Shown: positions 60,092 through 64,000 of the stretch, piece after piece
How the letters are laid out: every line of letters starts with the position of its first letter
How positions within the stretch are numbered: the first letter of the stretch is position 1
DNA from: an uncultured Gammaproteobacteria bacterium
GTDB taxonomy: Bacteria > Patescibacteriota > Patescibacteriia > Patescibacteriales > UBA12465
NCBI GenBank assembly: GCA_964500975.1
Contig: CAZCQW010000001.1
Span: forward strand, 49,750 to 113,749
Direction: 5' to 3'
Length of the DNA stretch: 64,000 nucleotides
The notes under the pieces: model-generated
The model's database searches: none
What the model was told of the DNA's origin: nothing
The model's input: only the letters and a program-made list of their open reading frames with translations
Made by a program: the position numbers and the translations under genes

Positions 60092-62149
60092 ATGTCTGAA
60101 ATGATAAGCAAACTAATCAAACGATCGGGAGAAATCGTAGATTTCGACCAAGACAAAATTGTTAAAGCTGTCTATAAAGCCGCTGTTTCAGTTGGCGTTG
60201 ACGATAAGCATCTTGCTAAAAAACTTGGCGATCAAGTAATAATTAAAATTATTAGCAAGTTTCATAAAAATAGTATTCCAGCGGTTGAAGAAATTCAAGA
60301 TGTTGTTGAAGAAGTTTTAATTGAAAACAAATTAACCAAGATTGCTAAAGCTTATATTATTTATCGTGACCAACATCGTCAAATCAGAGATATTAACAAT
60401 GCCACCGCTGACGAAAAATTAATGGAAGATTATTTAGGTCGCGGCGACTGGCGTTTGAAAGAGAATAGCAACATGAGCTTTTCTGTTCAAGGCTTAAATA
60501 ATTATATTGCTTCTGCTATTTCCGCTCGCTACTGGTTAAATAAAATGTATCCTGAAAATATCCGCCAAGCTCATGTTAATGGCGATATGCACATTCATGA
60601 TTTGGGTTTGCTTGCCCCATATTGCTGTGGTTGGGATTTAAAAGATTTATTAATCCGCGGTTTTAAAGGTGTTGACGAAAAGGTCCAAAGTTTACCACCA
60701 AAACATTTCCGCAGTGCCTTAGGTCAGATTGTTAATTTTTTCTATACTATGCAGGGCGAAGCCGCTGGCGCTCAAGCTTTTGCTAACTTTGATACTTATC
60801 TTGCTCCGTTTATCCGTTATGATGGCCTAACTTATAAAGAAGTTAAACAAGGTCTTCAAGAATTCATGTTTAACATTAATGTTCCAACTCGCGTTGGTTT
60901 TCAAACTCCATTCACTAACGTTACTTTAGACGTTACCCCATCCCCAATGATAGGTGAGGAAAGTGTAATTATTGGTGGTCAAGTAATGCCAGAAAAATAT
61001 AAAGATTTCCAAGTGGAAATGGATATGTTTAACCAGGCTTTTGCTGAAGTTATGTTAGCCGGGGACTCAACTGGTCGTGTATTCGGTTTCCCAATTCCTA
61101 CTTATTGTATTGATAAAACCTTTGAATATGATAGAGAGTGTCTAAAGCCAGTTTGGGAGATGACCGCTAAATACGGTATTCCATATTTTTCAAATTTCGT
61201 TAATTCCGATATGAATCGTGATGATGCGCGTTCAATGTGCTGCCGTCTTCGCTTAGATAATCGTGAACTTAGAAAACGTGGCGGTGGTTTATTTGGTGCC
61301 AATCCTTTAACTGGTTCACTTGGTGTTGTAACTATTAATCTTGCTCGTCTTGGTTATTTGTCAAAAGATAAAGAAGAGTTTAAAACCAGATTAGTTCATT
61401 TAATGGATTTAGCTAAAGAGTCTTTAGAAATTAAGAGAAAAATTGTTGAAAAGTTTACTGAAGATAGATTATATCCTTATTCAATGTTCTATCTAGATAA
61501 TATTCGCGCTCGTTTTGGCTCTTACTGGAAAAATCATTTCTCAACTATTGGTATTAACGGTATGAATGAAGCCGTATTAAACTTAATGGGTAAAGATATT
61601 ACTACTCCCGAAGGTCATGCTTTCGCCGCTGAAACTTTAGACTTCATGAGAGAGAGATTGATGGATTATCAAAACGAAACCAATGATCTTTATAACTTAG
61701 AAGCGACTCCTGGCGAAGGATGTACTTATCGTTTTGCTAAAAAAGACCAGCAGCTTTACCCAGGCATTATCTGTTCTAATACTGAAGCGGTTAAAAAATT
61801 TGGTGCTGACCCATACTATACAAACTCAACTCATTTACATGTAAATTATACTGACGATATTTTCTCCGCGCTTGATTTGCAAGATGATTTACAAACTAAA
61901 TACACTGGTGGCACAGTTTTACATGGTTATTTAGGTGAACGTTTACCAGACGGCGATACAGCTAAAAAATTAGTAAAGAAAATCGTTGATAATTATAAAC
62001 TTCCATATTTCACTATTACTCCGACTTTCTCAATTTGTCCTAAGCACGGTTATCTTTCCGGTGAACATAAATTCTGTCCTAAATGTGATGAAGAAATTGG
62101 TTACAGCGAAAACGTAGAAGATATTAGAGAGGCTAATCAAAGCGTCTAA
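60092..62149 (+). CDS. nrdD: Anaerobic (class III) ribonucleoside-triphosphate reductase, large polypeptide lacking the glycyl-radical C-terminus
   Basis: 685 aa with an N-terminal ATP-cone, ..SMCCRLRLD.. (active-site Cys loop) and a C-terminal Zn-ribbon-like CPKH..CPKC. It ends at TAA 62147-62149 without an RVxG[YW] motif. Confidence 0.9.
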   Translation: MSEMISKLIKRSGEIVDFDQDKIVKAVYKAAVSVGVDDKHLAKKLGDQVIIKIISKFHKNSIPAVEEIQDVVEEVLIENKLTKIAKAYIIYRDQHRQIRDINNATADEKLMEDYLGRGDWRLKENSNMSFSVQGLNNYIASAISARYWLNKMYPENIRQAHVNGDMHIHDLGLLAPYCCGWDLKDLLIRGFKGVDEKVQSLPPKHFRSALGQIVNFFYTMQGEAAGAQAFANFDTYLAPFIRYDGLTYKEVKQGLQEFMFNINVPTRVGFQTPFTNVTLDVTPSPMIGEESVIIGGQVMPEKYKDFQVEMDMFNQAFAEVMLAGDSTGRVFGFPIPTYCIDKTFEYDRECLKPVWEMTAKYGIPYFSNFVNSDMNRDDARSMCCRLRLDNRELRKRGGGLFGANPLTGSLGVVTINLARLGYLSKDKEEFKTRLVHLMDLAKESLEIKRKIVEKFTEDRLYPYSMFYLDNIRARFGSYWKNHFSTIGINGMNEAVLNLMGKDITTPEGHAFAAETLDFMRERLMDYQNETNDLYNLEATPGEGCTYRFAKKDQQLYPGIICSNTEAVKKFGADPYYTNSTHLHVNYTDDIFSALDLQDDLQTKYTGGTVLHGYLGERLPDGDTAKKLVKKIVDNYKLPYFTITPTFSICPKHGYLSGEHKFCPKCDEEIGYSENVEDIREANQSV

Positions 62150-62216
62150 AAAACTTTAAAAAGCCCAGTTGTAATTTTAGTAAACTTAATTTATAATTTA
62201 AATAACAAGTAAAAAT

Positions 62217-62357
62217 ATGAGTCCAATTCAAACACAAAGACAAGAATGTATTGTTTACAGCCGAGTCGTTGGCTGGTTAACACCGGTTAAGAATTATAAT
62301 CCCGGTAAAGCATCTGAATACAAGGATAGAAAAACATTTAAGGTTTGCGCCGAGTAA
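62217..62357 (+). CDS. 46-aa stand-alone glycyl-radical peptide corresponding to the NrdD C-terminus
   Basis: Hand translation: MSPIQTQRQECIVYSRVVGWLTPVKNYNPGKASEYKDRKTFKVCAE*. SRVVGW..NPGK..E..DRK matches the NrdD glycyl-radical loop region. The ORF is not in the track (too short) and is in a different frame from nrdD. Confidence 0.75.
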   Translation: MSPIQTQRQECIVYSRVVGWLTPVKNYNPGKASEYKDRKTFKVCAE

Positions 62358-62372
62358 TCAGATTTTACGCTT

Positions 62373-63098
62373 ATGATTATTGGAGGTTTAGAGAAGTTAA
62401 CTCTTCTTGATTACCCCGATCATTTAGCGGCCATAATCTTTACCCAAGGTTGTAATTTTCGTTGTCACTTTTGCTACAACCCAATGCTTGTCCTGCCCCT
62501 AACGGGAGAGGATTTAAAAATAAAAAAAGAAAAAGGTTTTTCTCCGCTTTCCACTGAAGACCTTTTTCTTTTTTTGAAGGAAAGATTTGGACGCCTTGAA
62601 GGGGTCGTTATAACAGGCGGGGAGCCAACCATGCACCCAGACCTGCCGTCTTTTATTAAGAAAATAAAAGATATTGGTTATTTAGTTAAGTTAGATTCTA
62701 ATGGGACAAATCCAGAAATGCTTAAAGAATTAATTAAAGAAAAACTAATTGATTATATTGCCATGGATTTAAAAGCGCCACTTGATAAATATGAAGAAAC
62801 TATTGGCGTTAAACTTGACTACAACAATATCAAAAAAAGTGTTAAAATAATAACTGAGAGTGGGCTACCGTATGAGTTTAGAACGACGGTAGTGCCAGGA
62901 CTTTTAGTTTCAGATGATTTTGATAAAATGGGAGAACTAATTAAAGGTGCTTCGAAGTGGTATCTCCAGAATTTTAAATCTGATACTGACTTAGTTGATG
63001 CGAGTTATAAACAGCAAAAAGGTTACACCGCTCGCGACATGAAAGCTTTTGCGGAAATTGGAAAGAAATACGTTGGTCTTTGTGAAGTTAGAGGCTAG
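62373..63098 (+). CDS. nrdG: Anaerobic ribonucleotide reductase activating enzyme (radical SAM)
   Basis: 241 aa, ..LTLLDYPDHLAAIIFTQGCNFRCHFCYNP.. (Cx3Cx2C). Confidence 0.9.
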   Translation: MIIGGLEKLTLLDYPDHLAAIIFTQGCNFRCHFCYNPMLVLPLTGEDLKIKKEKGFSPLSTEDLFLFLKERFGRLEGVVITGGEPTMHPDLPSFIKKIKDIGYLVKLDSNGTNPEMLKELIKEKLIDYIAMDLKAPLDKYEETIGVKLDYNNIKKSVKIITESGLPYEFRTTVVPGLLVSDDFDKMGELIKGASKWYLQNFKSDTDLVDASYKQQKGYTARDMKAFAEIGKKYVGLCEVRG

Positions 63099-63113
63099 TT
63101 AAAATAATTTAAT

Positions 63114-63386
63114 ATGTTAGTTCAAGAATATAAAGAAAAATCTGAAACAGCCAAGGCTCCTGATGTAAATAATTCAGAGGCCATTATTAATTTACTTCAA
63201 CTTAATTTGGAGAAGACCGAAGAAATTTTAAAAATTTCACAAGAAACAAAAAATTATGTTAAGTGGCAGAGAATTTGGAGTGTTTCGCGTTTAGTTTTTA
63301 TCATTGCTCCTATTATTTTAGGTTTCTTGTATTTGCCGTCCTTATTAAAAGATCTTTTTTCATCTTATCAGTCATTACTTCAATAG
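63114..63386 (+). CDS. Small hypothetical protein with a C-terminal TM helix
   Basis: 90-aa ORF, ..IWSVSRLVFIIAPIILGFLYLPSLL... Confidence 0.45.
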   Translation: MLVQEYKEKSETAKAPDVNNSEAIINLLQLNLEKTEEILKISQETKNYVKWQRIWSVSRLVFIIAPIILGFLYLPSLLKDLFSSYQSLLQ

Positions 63387-63408
63387 TTTTGATTTATCTT
63401 AGATTTTT

Positions 63409-64000
63409 ATGGATAATATTGCCGTTTTTGCTCAAACAACTTATAGAAACGAATTCAAAAAATTTGGTATTAAAACTGACGACAGACGCCGTCATATGTA
63501 TTTGATTGGGAAAACCGGTATGGGTAAATCAACAATCTTGGAAAACATGATTATTGATGATATTCGCGCTGGCCATGGTGTGGCCGTTGTTGATCCGCAT
63601 GGCGACTTAGCAGAAAAAATAATCGAGTATATTCCTGATAACAGAATTCAGGATGTTGTCTATTTTAATCCAGCGGATATAAATTTCCCAATTGCATTTA
63701 ATATCGTTGAGCAGGTAGAGCCTCATTTGCGTCATTTAGTTGCCTCGGGATTAATCGGTGTTTTTCAAAAATTGTGGGCTGATTCTTGGGGACCACGTTT
63801 AGAATATATTTTACGTAATGCTATTTTAGCAATTTTGGATTTTCCCGGTTCGACTATTCTGGGCGTTGTTAGAATGTTGTCCGATAAAAATTATCGTAAA
63901 CGCGTTGTTGCAAATATTAAAGATCCAGTTGTGAAAGCTTTTTGGGAAAAAGAATTTTCTGGTTATGCCGATAAGTTTGCTTCCGAAGCAGTATCTCCTA
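63409..64000 (+). CDS. VirD4/TraD/TrwB-like type IV secretion coupling ATPase (N-terminal ~197 aa; runs off the window)
   Basis: Hand translation from the ATG at 63409: MDNIAVFAQTTYRNEFKKFGIKTDDRRRHMYLIGKTGMGKSTILENMIIDDIRAGHGVAVVDPHGDL..LVASGLIGVFQKLWADSWGPRLEYILRNA... Walker A is GKTGMGKST. The ORF is absent from the track because it has no stop inside the window. Confidence 0.6.
   Translation, partial: MDNIAVFAQTTYRNEFKKFGIKTDDRRRHMYLIGKTGMGKSTILENMIIDDIRAGHGVAVVDPHGDLAEKIIEYIPDNRIQDVVYFNPADINFPIAFNIVEQVEPHLRHLVASGLIGVFQKLWADSWGPRLEYILRNAILAILDFPGSTILGVVRMLSDKNYRKRVVANIKDPVVKAFWEKEFSGYADKFASEAVSP

Noticed and set aside
62150-62216. Possibility that the nrdD interruption is a self-splicing intron (phage T4 nrdD carries a group I intron) or an intein
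   Set aside because: The spacer is only 67 nt, far below group I/II intron size, and shows no conserved intron helices. An intein would be in frame and much longer.
63263-63505. 80-aa ORF bridging 63114-63386 and the coupling-ATPase start
   Set aside because: It is out of frame with both better-supported genes and has no SD or conserved motif.
1-64000. CRISPR arrays, rRNA/tRNA genes, transposases/integrases and prophage modules
   Set aside because: I scanned the intergenic regions by eye. I saw no regularly spaced direct repeats, no GC-rich cloverleaf-like segments and no recognisable recombinase ORFs. A tRNAscan/Infernal run would be needed to exclude small RNAs formally.

Overview
AT-rich (roughly one-third GC by eye), gene-dense bacterial chromosome segment using the standard genetic code: TGA, TAA and TAG all end conserved ORFs, and Trp is TGG. 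The gene content and protein style suggest a Candidate Phyla Radiation / Patescibacteria-type genome. This assignment is an inference, since no rRNA or tRNA lies in the window. The backbone is housekeeping: argS, glyQS, ndk, gyrA, mscL, rmuC, radC, ruvB, queA, lepB, hisS, rpsU, rel, clpP, secDF, ftsAZ and nrdR-nrdD-nrdG. Several unusual loci are interspersed. (1) An operon-like block at about 33.9-49.1 kb encodes three giant, extremely cysteine-rich secreted proteins (922, about 1900 and 1430 aa). Two of them start with a signal peptide plus a TrbC/VirB2-like two-helix membrane hairpin. They are followed by small membrane proteins carrying thrombospondin-type-3-like Ca-binding repeats. (2) The class III ribonucleotide reductase has its glycyl-radical loop on a separate 46-aa ORF that is missing from the ORF track, with stops in all three frames between it and nrdD. 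(3) A 1003-aa ORF is a head-to-tail fusion of two complete PilB/GspE ATPases. (4) A DGR-type reverse transcriptase sits at the left edge (frameshifted) next to a RhuM-family gene. (5) A VirD4/TraD-like coupling ATPase runs off the right edge. (6) A family of 15-nt GC-rich mini-hairpins (TCCGCCC-N-GGCGGA) lies just upstream of start codons. Several conserved genes carry single-base lesions: gyrA and the RT have frameshifts, a UvrD-like helicase-nuclease has an in-frame TAA, and one hypothetical gene probably has an A-run shift. These could be assembly errors or genuine decay. No CRISPR array, rRNA, tRNA, transposase or integrase was recognised.
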